From Bispira polyomma (lineage: Eukaryota): a DNA stretch of 64,000 bases. The notes below the pieces were generated by a model. The model worked only from the letters and a program-made list of their open reading frames with translations, was not told the DNA's origin and ran no database searches. The stretch's first letter is position 1; each line of letters opens with the position of its first letter. A program made the position numbers and the translations under genes. This document shows positions 26,401 through 37,714 of the stretch, one piece after another. The stretch is from contig OZ287759.1 of NCBI GenBank assembly GCA_965649765.1, positions 6,882,001 to 6,946,000 on the forward strand, given 5' to 3'.

Positions 26401-27425
26401 ATGCCTCCCGTGTATCATTGTTCGAGGTGTCAAGAGAAGCATGAGAGGCCGGTTGGCAATGCTTGTACTCTGGAAGCCGTGTCTGTGGTAGCCACTTCTA
26501 GCGCTGTCTCTGCTGAGGATTCATCCACTCTCCCTTCGAATTCGGGTTCAGATAATGTTTCTAGTCAAATTTTACTGCAACTGCAGTCCATGGCCCAGAT
26601 GATGGAACGCATGGACCAAAGAGTTCAGCAGATGGAGGCAGCGCTGGCGGCGGACGTCCATAACAAGAATCAGGCTAGTATTGTTTCAAATTCTGTTGTT
26701 AACAGTAGTTCTGTGAGCACCGATACCAGTGAAGTTTTATCCACTGAAACTGTAGTTCCGAATATAGACTTTTTACGGAAGAACAGTCAATTCAAAGCCA
26801 GGTTGAATTAAGGCTGGCGGAGTTAAAACAGCTAAATGAAAACCCACAGCAAGGTAAACTAAAGTCACAAAGGGGAGGGGGCATTGATATATTGGTCAAG
26901 TGCGTCGTAGAATGGCCCCAAAACCACGTCTTGACGGGTAGTTGTAAATCAAGGCCCACATATGATGACTTATCAGTCAACCAATGGGTATGTGGTTTTA
27001 CGCGCATTATCCAGGAAGAAAAGTCGAACGAGATTAGGGAAATTATGCTAGATTATATGGCTAATCTGATGGAAGATGCAGAGGATTTCTCTTGGGAGTT
27101 GGCAAAAGCTTGCCATGCGGTGGTGCTTACCCACATGGAAATGGGGAAGGTTAAATGGTCAGAGGTCGAGAAGCTTGACAGATTCAGAAGGGCTCATGCC
27201 CAGAGACATATTGCTAGCAATCATTCTGGTAGTAATAATCGTGGTTCGAATAAAACACAGGCCTCGGGTAAGCAGTCCACAGCGAACTGTAAGTTCTTCC
27301 AGGATGGTACGTGTAAGTTTCCCAACAGTCACAAAACGGGCAATACCTACTTCAGGCACGTTTGCGAAACCTGTGGGGGGTCACACAAATCCACTGCATG
27401 TAGCAAGAAGAGTCTAAAAAACTGA
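26401..27425 (+). pseudogene. Gag-like protein (one frameshift)
   Basis: ORFs 26401-26811 and 26892-27425 join after a 1 nt correction. N-terminal CxxC..H..C, coiled coil, C-terminal CKFFQDGTCKFPNSH and HVCETCGGSHKSTAC zinc knuckles. Confidence 0.88.
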
Positions 27426-27449
27426 GGGGCCACTGCAATTCTGCAGTGG
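27416..27449 (+). promoter_or_regulatory. Putative -1 programmed ribosomal frameshift signal (A AAA AAC plus hairpin)
   Basis: cta aaa aac tga in the gag frame, 7 nt spacer, perfect 8 bp stem ccactgca-attc-tgcagtgg; the -1 frame is open into ORF 27446. Confidence 0.75.
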
Positions 27450-29945
27450 AAAATAGCAAAGACAAAATTTTTTCCAGAACTTTTTATAACTCAGAATTTT
27501 GTAATTTGCAGTTATTTGATAAAGACGTAAGGGGTAAAATGCTCACTTACAATAAAGGTAAACGTGCATGCTGTTCATACAGCGACGCATTACAAAATGT
27601 AAATAGCACAAACAAACAGGTCGTTGTAAATAAAGGTAAAAGTGTCAAAATGTTCAGTGGGCGACTGGGGGATGCACGTGCAGCTGTGGATTTGACACGA
27701 GCACACAGCCAGACACCCTCAAACGCCAACAAAACCTTGGGTGTAAGACCTGTACATAAGGGTCGTCTTTACTTTGGCCCAGCCACGTGAAACGAACAAA
27801 AGGCCTGTGAGCGGGGGCAAAGTAAGCACACCAAGGAAACAATGCTTGGACGTACCAAGCCTGTTATTGAATGTCTCCCATATAAAGCACCAGTCAATAA
27901 TAGTGTCCACCGAGATGCCTTGTGGCATAACAGATTTCAACCCCTCTACCAAACCATTGTTGAACTCAACAATGGGGAGGTCGAGGATAATGTGAACACA
28001 AACGAGAGTGTTAGTGACAAGCCACAACAAGGTGTGAAAAAACAAAGGCGGTTGATTAAACACAATGCTGGGAATCAGGGTAATGACAGAAATGTCAACA
28101 CAAATCCAACATATCACTCAGTTGCCCCTTCAGACAAGTACACTTTGGGGCTTAAGCAAAAACGCAAGAAAGGAGAGTTGCTAACTAAAGCCCGGAGCGA
28201 TGACATGTACAAGGCGTGGCATGAGCAGAATGACGTCGACTATGGATTCATTCCACTTAACACTTTAGGAGGGAAAATTTGGGATAGGGGGGGCGAAAAA
28301 TCATGGCCTAAATACCTTCCAAATGCATGCTAAATTAAGAGCTGACGGCAGACACAATTATAAGGGTCTCCAACTTGTGGTCGAATCGCAATTAAATGCC
28401 GACAAATGGCAAGATTACCTCGCTAAGTATTGGGACTGGCAACTGCCCCTGCTTGTTAAGTACGGTTTCCCGTTAGACATATGTCGCGCTAAAGTCAGTC
28501 AGTCGGACAATTGTAATCATAGTTCGGCGGAAACCTTCCCTGAACATGTGGAGCCGTATCTCAAGGAGGAGTGTAACTTTGGGGCTATATTGGGCCCCTT
28601 TAAGGACCCCCCTATTAGGGACTTGCATTGTTCGCCGATGATGACACGGGAGAAGTCCACCTCCGCTAATAGGAGAGTGATAGTCGATTTGAGTTGGCCA
28701 CATGGTCAGTCGGGTAACGCAGGTGCTTCGGCTAACTCCTACCTTGACACTGATTTTATTCTATCATATCCTTCCATTGATAACATCACTACTGAAGTAA
28801 CCAGATTGGGTAGAGGATGTCATATCTATAAGATTGACGTAAGTAGGGCCTTTAGGCACGTTCCCATAGACCCGGGTGACATCGATCTCCTTGGCCTAAA
28901 ATGGAAAGAATTCTACGTCGATAAATGTCTGCCCTTCGGGTATCAGAATGGTAGTACCATTTTTCAGCGTCTTTCGGACGCGGTAAGATTTATAATGAAG
29001 GCGGACGGATACAAAGTGCACAACTATTTAGACGATTTTTTGACCGTATCGTTGCCAAGTAAAATAACAGCCAGTTACGAACGTCTTCAGGTCTTGCTCA
29101 AGGAGCTTGGCCTCACGGTCAGTCAGAAGAAGTTGGTTCCTCCCAGCACACGGGTAATATGCCTGGGCATACTAATAGATACTGAAAATTATACCACCTC
29201 TATCCCGGACGAAAAAATGCAGGAAATCACGGCCAAGTGCGACATGTGGCAAGGCAAAGAATTCTGTACTAAAAAGGAATTACAGTCTTTATTGGGCTCC
29301 CTCTTGTATGTAGCCAAATGCATTAAATATGCTAGAGTCTTTTTGAACCGCATGTTGCAATTCCTCAGAGACAATTATAGCAAAAGTCGGTTGATAGTCA
29401 CTGAGGACTTCAACAGGGATTTAAATTGGTTTACAACCTTCATGAGGCATTTCAATGGCATGTCTTTTTTCTCGCATAAGGCTACCCATGCACAGGTAGA
29501 ATTAGATTCATGTCTAACCGGTATGGGAGGCATCTGTGGCAATGACGTGTACAAACTTAAAGTCCCCTCACACATGACCAGTGACAACATAGCGTCGCTT
29601 GAAATGATCAACATACTCGTTGCCCTTAAGCTATGGTCCAACGTGTGGCAAGGCAAAAAAGTTCTGTTCAAATGAGACAATCAGGCAGTGGTTAGTGTCA
29701 TGGAAACCGGGCGTACTCAAGATCCTGTTTTGGCTGCCTACATCAGAAACATTTACATGTGGGCTAGCAAATTTGACATAGACATAAGAGTTATTCATAT
29801 TTTGGGGGTTAAGAACAAGGTTGCAGACCTTCTCTCACGTTGGGATAAAGTGAATAATAATGAAAACCTACTTGCTCAATGGGCGGGGCCGGTTAACTGG
29901 TTGCACACAGATGCCACCCTCCTAGACATTGACTACACAATTTAA
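27422..29945 (+). pseudogene. Pol: N-terminal extension, reverse transcriptase, RNase H
   Basis: RRVIVDLSWP, KIDVSRAFRH, LPFGYQNGS, HNYLDDFL, ELDSCLTGMGG, LEMINIL, K*DNQAVV, NKVADLLSR. Confidence 0.95.
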
Positions 29946-29982
29946 ACATGTTGTATCTTTCCTGTGGTAATATGTTTCAGGA

Positions 29983-30969
29983 ATGCAGCCGTTGGACTCC
30001 CTATTAACAAATAGAGCCTGCAAGAGACTGCATTTTGCTTTTGCTGAATCAACAGCCAGGGCATATGATGCCATGTTTAGACTGTTCCTGGCTTTTGGAG
30101 CTTTCATGCAATGGCCTTTATATCAGGTGACTGTATTCAGAATTTTGTCATTTTTAGAGTTTCTGACTTTTAATCATATGTCTGCTGCTCAAGTTGCAAA
30201 TCATCTGTCGGCTGTTAAAGCTAAATGCATTCTTTTTCATGTAAATGTGGACTGATTTGCAGATCCACGCTTATCTTATTATAGTAGGGCTCTTGCTATT
30301 AATAAGCCTTTACAAGCCAAACTTAAAACATTGTTTGATATTCCTTTGCTAACTGAATTGGTTGCCAAATGTGACAACACATACATGGGTCAGATCTTTA
30401 AGGCTGTTTATCTGACAAGTTTTTTCAGTTTCTTGAGGCTTTCTAATTTGTGCCCACACTCTGTGGCTGGGTTCTCTCCATTGCAGCATTTGGCCAGAGG
30501 GGATGTGTTGTTTAAGCCTGGGTACATAACTCTTTTAGTGAAATGGTCTAAGACCATGCAGGTGAACAATCAAATTAAACTGTTAAATATTCCAGTCCTG
30601 CGGAACTCATCCCTTTGTCCGGTAGCTGCTCTGAAAAATGTGCTGGCCCTTACCCCTGTTGGCCCTAACATGCCTCTTTTTCAGTATAAGTTGGGTGGTG
30701 CTTGGGTTCCGTTGACGGATACCAGGGTTAGGCGTCACTTGAAGAATGTGCTGCAGCTCCTGGGCTGTGCTAATGCTAACCTTACTTTCCATGTGTTCCG
30801 GCGTTCAGGTGCCACGTTTGCCTTTAACAATAATGTCAACATACAGGACATCCAGCGGCATGGCACCTGGACGTCGGACTGCGTCTGGAGGTACATTACA
30901 GATTCGGCCCAGACGGGGTCCCAGGTCGCTGATTGCTTCAAGGGTGCGCTTCAGCCTACTTCTAGGTAA
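29983..30969 (+). pseudogene. Tyrosine recombinase (one in-frame TGA)
   Basis: ORFs 29983 and 30331 share a frame. Catalytic R (FLRLSNL), K (WSKT), HxxR (HVFRRSGAT), HGTWTSD, Y (WRYI). Confidence 0.95.
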
Positions 30970-31078
30970 CTCTGGTGTTTGGTGGTTTGACGTCTATAGG
31001 TCACCTGTGCAAAAAGAATATATAAATGTTATGGTATAATAAACATAAATTTGGACAGTTCACAACCCCCTTGTCCTT

Positions 31079-31469
31079 GGGCATAAGGTCACCTTATATC
31101 TCGGTACATTATGTACTCTTACATAATTTATCTTCCAATCACTTTGCAACCTCCATAGTATGCTTTAAATCAACCTTAAACTCAAGGTAGGGCCAACAGT
31201 TCGGGCCCATTTACTTCCATACTGACTTGAACTCAAGGTATGTTCAGAATGAAGTTCAAATTTAAGTCGGGCTCACTAACGGTGCCCCTTCATTGGCATA
31301 CTCTTGACACATTGGTTGCTAGTCTTAAACTCAACTTAGGGCCATCGTTAGGCCCCCTCAAAATTCTTCTTGAAGGTGACCTTAAGTCTACCTTATTGTT
31401 ATATAAAGAATTTAGACTGACTTTACGTTCACCTTAAACTTTAACTCACTGTAAGGTGACCTTATGCCC
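31079..31469. repeat. 3' inverted-repeat-bounded array of the near-intact copy
   Basis: Perfect 18 bp IR gggcataaggtcacctta (31079-31096) / taaggtgaccttatgccc (31452-31469). Internal accttaaactcaaggt-type motifs and three gggc..gccc mini-hairpins. Confidence 0.92.
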
Positions 31470-32797
31470 CTCAACTATAATCCGAAACTGTACATACTAT
31501 ACCTGTAGAACTAACCATGCTAGTGATTAATAAATATTTACCCGCAAGTGTTTTTCTGTGTTGCTAAAGGAATTAGAAAATTATTAAGGTTTCTATTACT
31601 AACTTTCCCTTGGCCCACGGGGAACTGTAGCTGTCTCCCTTTGTTTCAGTGTTTGTTCACCAGTGCTATTTCGTTTAAAATTGTTGTCAACTTTTGGTGG
31701 CTTGGTTTTGTTTTGTTTCCCCCTTTTAATAATTCTACCCACCGTTGTTTGAGGTTCTGTTTTCTTGGCATGAGTGTAGTCCAGCATGGCTGCTTTTGTT
31801 TCAATATTTTTCTCTTCCTGAATGATCCTATTGAATCCACAAACCCACTGAACAAGGGTGAGGTCATCATTGAAGGGTTTAGCATTAACGGTCCCTGTTA
31901 AAACATGGTTTTGTGACCAATCTATTGATTTTTTGACACTTCTGAGGTACCCCCACGTTAGGATTTTACCATACCTTGTGAGGGATTCTTAGTGATTTGT
32001 ATAAGTTCAATGAGCCTTTGCTCGACCTGAGTCTGAATCTCAACATTATGTTTCAGAAAATCAACATTTGGGACAATGCTGGTTTCACTACTCTTATGTG
32101 ATACTGGCCTGATCCTTTGAGGTGTTTCCTGGCAACACCGCCTCAATGACTTGCACCAGCTTGTCCATTTTTTCCATCATCTGGGTAATGGTCAATAATT
32201 GTGTTAATATTACTTATGGGATCTTACCATCCGGAGTAGAACTCATCAGGGTGCTGTCTCTCGGGTCAACGTCACTGGACAGGTCGAGTAATACTGGACA
32301 ATTCGGACTCAGGTCTTTGATGTCTTTGCAAACATTTACTACAATGTACCAGCTTCACTCGAGGCATAACGAGATATTTTTTATGTTAACGTTGTAAAAT
32401 AAAATAAGTTTAAAATCAAATTCTAGTTGCACACCTTTTAATATTTGTTAACCTGTACACTCCCCGACAAGAATGGCGGGAAAATTATGAAGGGGGCGTC
32501 CTTTTATACTTGTGTACAAACTCCCCCCCCCCCCCCCCTCCAGATTACTAGTCTGGTAACCTGGTACTGAGACCAGTATCGCCCAGACGCTACCTTTCAA
32601 TATTGTGATCACTGCGACTCCTAATGGTCCCATTGAATCTGGCCGTCGTGATATTACCTAAGTTGTAGAAAGTGACTAAATTAAATTTAAAAGCATACCC
32701 AATTGAAACAGGCCCTTCTGTGTACCCAGCAGTAGTAGATCAACTAAAACCATTAGACCACACGGACGTTGGCATAATACATTCACTGACACCTAAC

Positions 32798-32963
32798 CTG
32801 ACATGAAATACCATGTCACATCTGCACAGACACCATTGTCATTGGTGTATACTTTATAGTTTAAATCACTGTCTAAATAATCTAGCATGACCTCTGATAC
32901 ATGCAGAAGGGATATGGTAAAAGGTGATCCAGGGTTGGTGGCAGGTGTATTCAGAGGTCTAAC
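32798..32963 (-). CDS. Candidate upstream exon of the Cys-rich gene (VRPLNTPATNPGSPFTISLLHVSEVMLDYLDSDLNYKVYTNDNGVCADVTWYFMS)
   Basis: ttctctctag acceptor, open 166 nt, phase-1 gttagg donor compatible with exon 22734. Confidence 0.55.
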
Positions 32964-33087
32964 CTAGAGAGAATGGGTATAAGAGGGATATAAAATAATT
33001 AGGTACAAACGTGGATTGGAAATTACTATTAGCTGTATTGCCTTAATGATCTAGTTAATCACTGGCCTCGGTTTTCCCTGGTGAGCC

Positions 33088-33330
33088 GGGGCTGCGGTGG
33101 CCTAGTGGTTAGCAAGCATTGTGCTTCACAATTACTGGTCGCTGGGCAGCGTGAGTTCGACTCCCATCGATGCCTATAAGGGAAAAGTGGTGGTTCCTTA
33201 TTGTGGGCCGCTGGTTTCAGTGCAGAACCCTGATCAACTGTATGCAGTGTTTCCTCCAGCGTTTCCAACTACCCGTCCCAATATAACCTAAACAGGTACT
33301 AGAGTGGACGTTAAATATCCCAATTCAAAA
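33088..33330 (+). mobile_element. tRNA-derived SINE family A, copy 3
   Basis: Aligns with 3920-4165; B box gagttcgactcc. Confidence 0.9.
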
Positions 33331-34599
33331 ATACCCTACTGAGCTTTGGTGAAAGTCAACAATGCTGCAAGATATGGTTGCTGACAGAAAGTTGACAAAA
33401 GCTTTTGAGAAAAGGAGTGATAGTCCAACAAGTAGAGAATTGGAGTGGTCCAATCGACTACTTACGAGTGCATTTGCTATGACTATGGCAGTTTGATGGG
33501 ATATTTTTTTTCTGATTATCTTGAGGTCACAAATAAGGTAGCATGAACAAATTTAATAAAAAAAGATCCTCGATTCTCCCTTAAACTAAGACCTGCTTCA
33601 AAATGCAATCTAATTATCTTTAGAGAATAACCCACCAATAGACCATAGTTCTTGGTTTAAATAGTCCTACCAGTAATGTGTGTATACTGTGCTCTTGTTG
33701 CTTTCCACAACATAAGCAAGTTGAAAAGACAAAAACTTTCTTTGAAATTCTCGAGTGCTTTTTATAAACAATCAGATTCTTTAAAGACAAATATTTAGGA
33801 AAAAGAATCTTTGTGAAGACCAGTCCTGATATGTAGTTAGTGTTTGACACATTTTACTGAGGGAAAACTATAAACATAGATCATTTTTAGATGGCGATCA
33901 GATTGAAAGGGTAATAAGGATATAAAAAGGTTATAGTAAATTGTGGTAACATTGGTTTCAATATTACTCAGATTTTACTATATTAAAAAATATATCAACT
34001 AAGTGTCAGCAATTTTAAAGAGATTTATAATTTTCTCCTAAACCTAAAAACATAATACGACCCACCACCCTGAGCATCTATGACCTTGACTTTTTCACAT
34101 GCCAACATTTTAATCCTAAGGTCATCCATCATCAAGCCGCATTGTCCATCGGTAGAGAGGCATCAAGCTCCATCTTTGTAGATTAGGTCGCCTTGAAAAA
34201 CTTTATAAAAAGCATATAAAATAAGTAAACCCATAACCCATCAAAGATCACAAAGCAGGAACAAAGTTCTGTATGTGTATATGCTGTTTAACCATGTTTT
34301 ACACCAAAGGTTGCAGTGGTAAATTTTGGATCTACACTAAAAACTGTACAATTTGGGTATGGAACCCTTTTACAACTGAGGTGGAACAATAATTGTCACA
34401 TTAAAGTATCAAGAGCGAACAATATATTTGTCAGCAGAAGAATCAGTAGTCTACACTGAATAAAATAAATAGTACTCTAATTTTCATGATTTTTACATTT
34501 TGTTTGTCTTGCTATATTGTGGATTTATATTTTTATTACGCATTTTTTTTTTATTTTTAAACTTGATTTTACTTTATCAAATGTATTATGGTATTTGAG

Positions 34600-35412
34600 G
34601 CTGCTGAATCAGTGCAGAACCGGGTTTCATATTTAACTTTGATTTCTCCTTCAAAAGGCAGGTTGATGCTGTGTGCAGGTCATGTTTTGTTGGACTTCGG
34701 GATCTGCAGAGATTAGACAGTACCTACCAAAGATGGTGGCTATCTTGGCAACAAACCCACTTGTCAGTTGCAGATTGGACTACTGTAATTCACTACATCA
34801 GGGTTTATCTAAAGATAACCTGAGAAGATTGCAGTGTCTGGAAAATGCGTTGGCACTAGTTGTCATGGGTTCCCGCAAGTGGACCCACTTTACACCAGTA
34901 CTGAAGTCTCTACATTAGCTTTCTGTTAAAGAGAGAATTGCTTTCAAAACTGCAACCCTCATTTACAAACATTCACCCTCATTCTGGACTCTGGTATGCT
35001 GCAGTACTGCAGTACTTCCATGAATACATAAAATATTACACATCCTCTGTCAATACCAGACGTACTGTTGTTTCAAAGAAATACCCAGTTGTTCCCACCT
35101 TTAATCCTCAGTTTCTTAAGTCTAAAACTCATTTTGACGGATCATTTGCAAATGACGGACCCAGACTTTGGAACAGCCTCCAACTTGCTTTACGATCTGC
35201 CTCCACACTGTCAACTTTTAGGTGCGAGCTTAAGGCTCACCAGTTTTATAAATCCTATCCTCCTTAGGATCTTCTCCTATGGTTGTGCAAACGCTTTCTG
35301 ATGCCGACCTTTACTTATGATATTGCCTCTACCCCTTATGCTTTATTCCGCCTTAAAATTTGATTTACATCAAATTAAGCGCACCAAAAGTTTGTAAATA
35401 ATAATAATGATA
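34600..35412 (+). mobile_element. L2-type LINE 3' fragment
   Basis: LVSCRLDYCNSL..LRRLQCLENALA..HFTPVLKSLH; GPRLWNSL; (aat)n tail. Confidence 0.85.
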
Positions 35413-35494
35413 ATACTAAAATAGGATCCAATATATTGCAATACTCATTGTGAATACAATTGAAATGTCGCAATATATAGTGTTATAAATAAAA

Positions 35495-35745
35495 GCCTTT
35501 GGATTTGAAAGATCCGAGGGTTCCGGTTCGACCCTCGCTGCTGGCCTCGTGATTGTACCCTTGGACTAGGTGCTTCACACAAAGTTGTCCCTCTCTAACC
35601 AGGTGTATAAATGGTTTACACCTGGCCGCTAAAGGGTGTTAGTCTTTATGCGCTGTATGTGGTGTATGTGGTAGTAAGGCTAGTATGCTTGCTGAGGGCG
35701 CTGAGACTAAAAAAATTGTTTGACAAGTGGAAGAACCAGGGCTGT
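35495..35745 (+). mobile_element. SINE with Deu/Nin-type core
   Basis: ggttcgaccc B box then gtacccttgg..aggtgctt..ctctctaaccaggtgtataaatgg; second copy at 37715-37955. Confidence 0.75.
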
Positions 35746-35913
35746 GGTGACAATGTCAAAGGGCATTAGAAAACAGTGATGTTTATAATGCAGTATATCA
35801 AATGAATAATTATTATTATTGTATACCTCCATACGATTTCCAGCCATAATACTCAACATATGCACATGTTTCATTCTAGTTCTAAGTATACATGCATGTA
35901 TGACAAAACTCAC

Positions 35914-35947
35914 CTTCAGCCGTTCTTCCCCGGTTCAGCATCGCCAC
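35914..35947 (-). CDS. Candidate small exon of the minus-strand gene (VAMLNRGRTAE)
   Basis: ctcaccag acceptor and strong aag|gtgagt donor; linkage to the other exons not established. Confidence 0.35.
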
Positions 35948-36150
35948 CTGGTGAGAGAATTGATCACTAATCAAGATATATAAAACATACAAAAACATAT
36001 TCCGGAATGATAAAATGACTACATCATCTATTTAAATACACACTGACAAGCACAATGCCTCGCGTGTAAATAGAATTAGCGGCCAAAGCTACTTATCATT
36101 AATTTGTAAAGTTAAAGTAAATAAAACTTCTGAACCACATCAATAGAGCA

Positions 36151-36794
36151 TACATCCGTGGTCGTTACTTCGGCCGGGTCAATACTTCGGCCACTACCAC
36201 AGTATAGCATATAAAACACCAAATAAAAAATCCTCAACAAAACAACACGTAAACATTTTAGAATTTACGAAAATACAACTTTTTTCATGCCCAGAATGCC
36301 ATGTTACCACAGAAATATTTAGTATGAGGCCAAATGAAATATCCTTACACTTGATCACAATATTGAAACCACTTTCAACGATAGCTAATTTACAGAAATT
36401 TGAACTTATTGAAGGTAGTTCTACAAATACCCTCAGGAAATTAGGTAGGACATTTTATATGGTTACATTTTTTTTTTTCTTTTTTGTATGAATGAACTTG
36501 TGTAGACATATTTTACGATTTTTAACCTTGGTTACAACACCAACCAATACATAATTAAGCAACAACCTTGAGGGCGGCCGAATTATTGACCCCCCTTTAG
36601 TAGAAAGCAACTGTCAACATGGTCGAATAAAGGATCACTGAAAATAACAAAAACTTTTCAGTGAAAAGTTACTGACAATTTTGAGGCATGTCATCTAGTG
36701 TTTATGATGTAATTATAGTTAAGTATTAAAGAGGCGTCATATTGTAATGATCGATAATCACTAAAAAGTGGCCGAAGTAACGTCCACTGATGTA
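36151..36794. mobile_element. MITE with terminal inverted repeats, TA-flanked
   Basis: tacatccgtggtcgttacttcggcc / ggccgaagtaacgtccactgatgta; subterminal ttcggcc repeats; related motif at 63791-63820. Confidence 0.8.
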
Positions 36795-37714
36795 AAGGAT
36801 TATTGGAGACAACAAATAGACAACAGGGAAACACCAAAAGGAATGAAGGAGACAGTAAGGAGACAATGAGGAGAACCTTTGTGATTACATTTTCATGTTG
36901 TGGCTTCTCATCTAGACAATTTGCTAATGTCCTATGGGGCCTGAGGTACTCCAAGGTGGAATAAGGATGGTAAATGATCATGTAGTTTATTACCCCTCAA
37001 TGCTTATTGTGGCTTTACCAGGGTCGTAAACCTTTCATCGCCACACCAACTGCCTAGCTACTATAGACTGCCCTAAAAATAAATCCCCTTAAAATACATA
37101 GCAGCTATATACTAATTGGAATGCCAATAAAACAATGGCCATTAAGCAGCTGCTATTTACACTATTTCTTATATATATATATATATATATATATACACTA
37201 TTTATATCCCATTTACCTGATCAAAAGAGAAATCTAAAAGAATATAGCAGTTTGGACTCAATAACATTAGACAATGTTAGATACTATTTTGACATGAAAA
37301 TACATAAAAAAATAAATGTGTAGGTTTATATAGTCTGAAAGCACCCCCAATAAAATCTCATCTGACTTGCAAATTTACACCCCAACCAGTGAGTTCTAAT
37401 AATTTATTTTCACACTTCCCTTGGAGAGTATACCCACAATGCTGCAAAATACGACCACTATCATCCATTAGGAGCCAGCTGACCATTTGTATTCCTAGGT
37501 AGATTGGTTCATAGATTAATGAGTCCCATATCCACAGTCCGCTAAATACAGCTACAGATTTGCACAGTGAAAATTGAGTAAAGCAGTTTATTTCTAGATA
37601 GCTGTAGTAATCAGACATTATACAGCCTTGTTTGGCTTTTGTTCATTGGGCAATAAAATATTGGCACATTGTTGAAATGATCCATTCAGGTTTATTAATT
37701 TTGCTTCTGTATCA

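Larger units (their letters stand above)
26163..31539 (+). mobile_element. Near-intact Ngaro-like YR retrotransposon, ~5.4 kb (gag, RT-RNaseH, YR; no methyltransferase domain)
   Basis: Starts tgtaaggcag..ctcagt and ends taataaatattt like the host copy. Five lesions seen: 1 bp loss in gag (~26790), TGA 27788, frameshift ~28290, TGA 29673, TGA 30253. Confidence 0.93.
23209..32600 (-). mobile_element. Older Ngaro-like YR retrotransposon (host copy), split by nested copy 26163-31539
   Basis: 5' part 32600-31540: tgaaaggtag..ctcagt terminus, TATA at 32502-32508, gag remnants (SIVPNVDFLK, QWVCGFNRIIQEE). 3' part 26162-23209: RT ORFs 25094-25708 and 24516-25097, YR 23703-24080, IR module, taataaatatt end. 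CAA present at both junctions. Confidence 0.85.

Noticed and set aside
27788-30255. All three premature stops in the near-intact element are TGA, one at a conserved Cys (possible Sec or recoding)
   Set aside because: Gag terminates with TGA, the host copy has TGT and GCT at two of the sites, and the element also has two frameshifts; ordinary decay explains it.
31240-31437. Small ORF MFRMKFKFK..
   Set aside because: By-product of the 6 bp periodic array; not present in the host copy.
31079-31469. CRISPR array
   Set aside because: Repeats are short, degenerate and irregular, there are no cas genes, and the context is eukaryotic; reported as a retroelement cis module.
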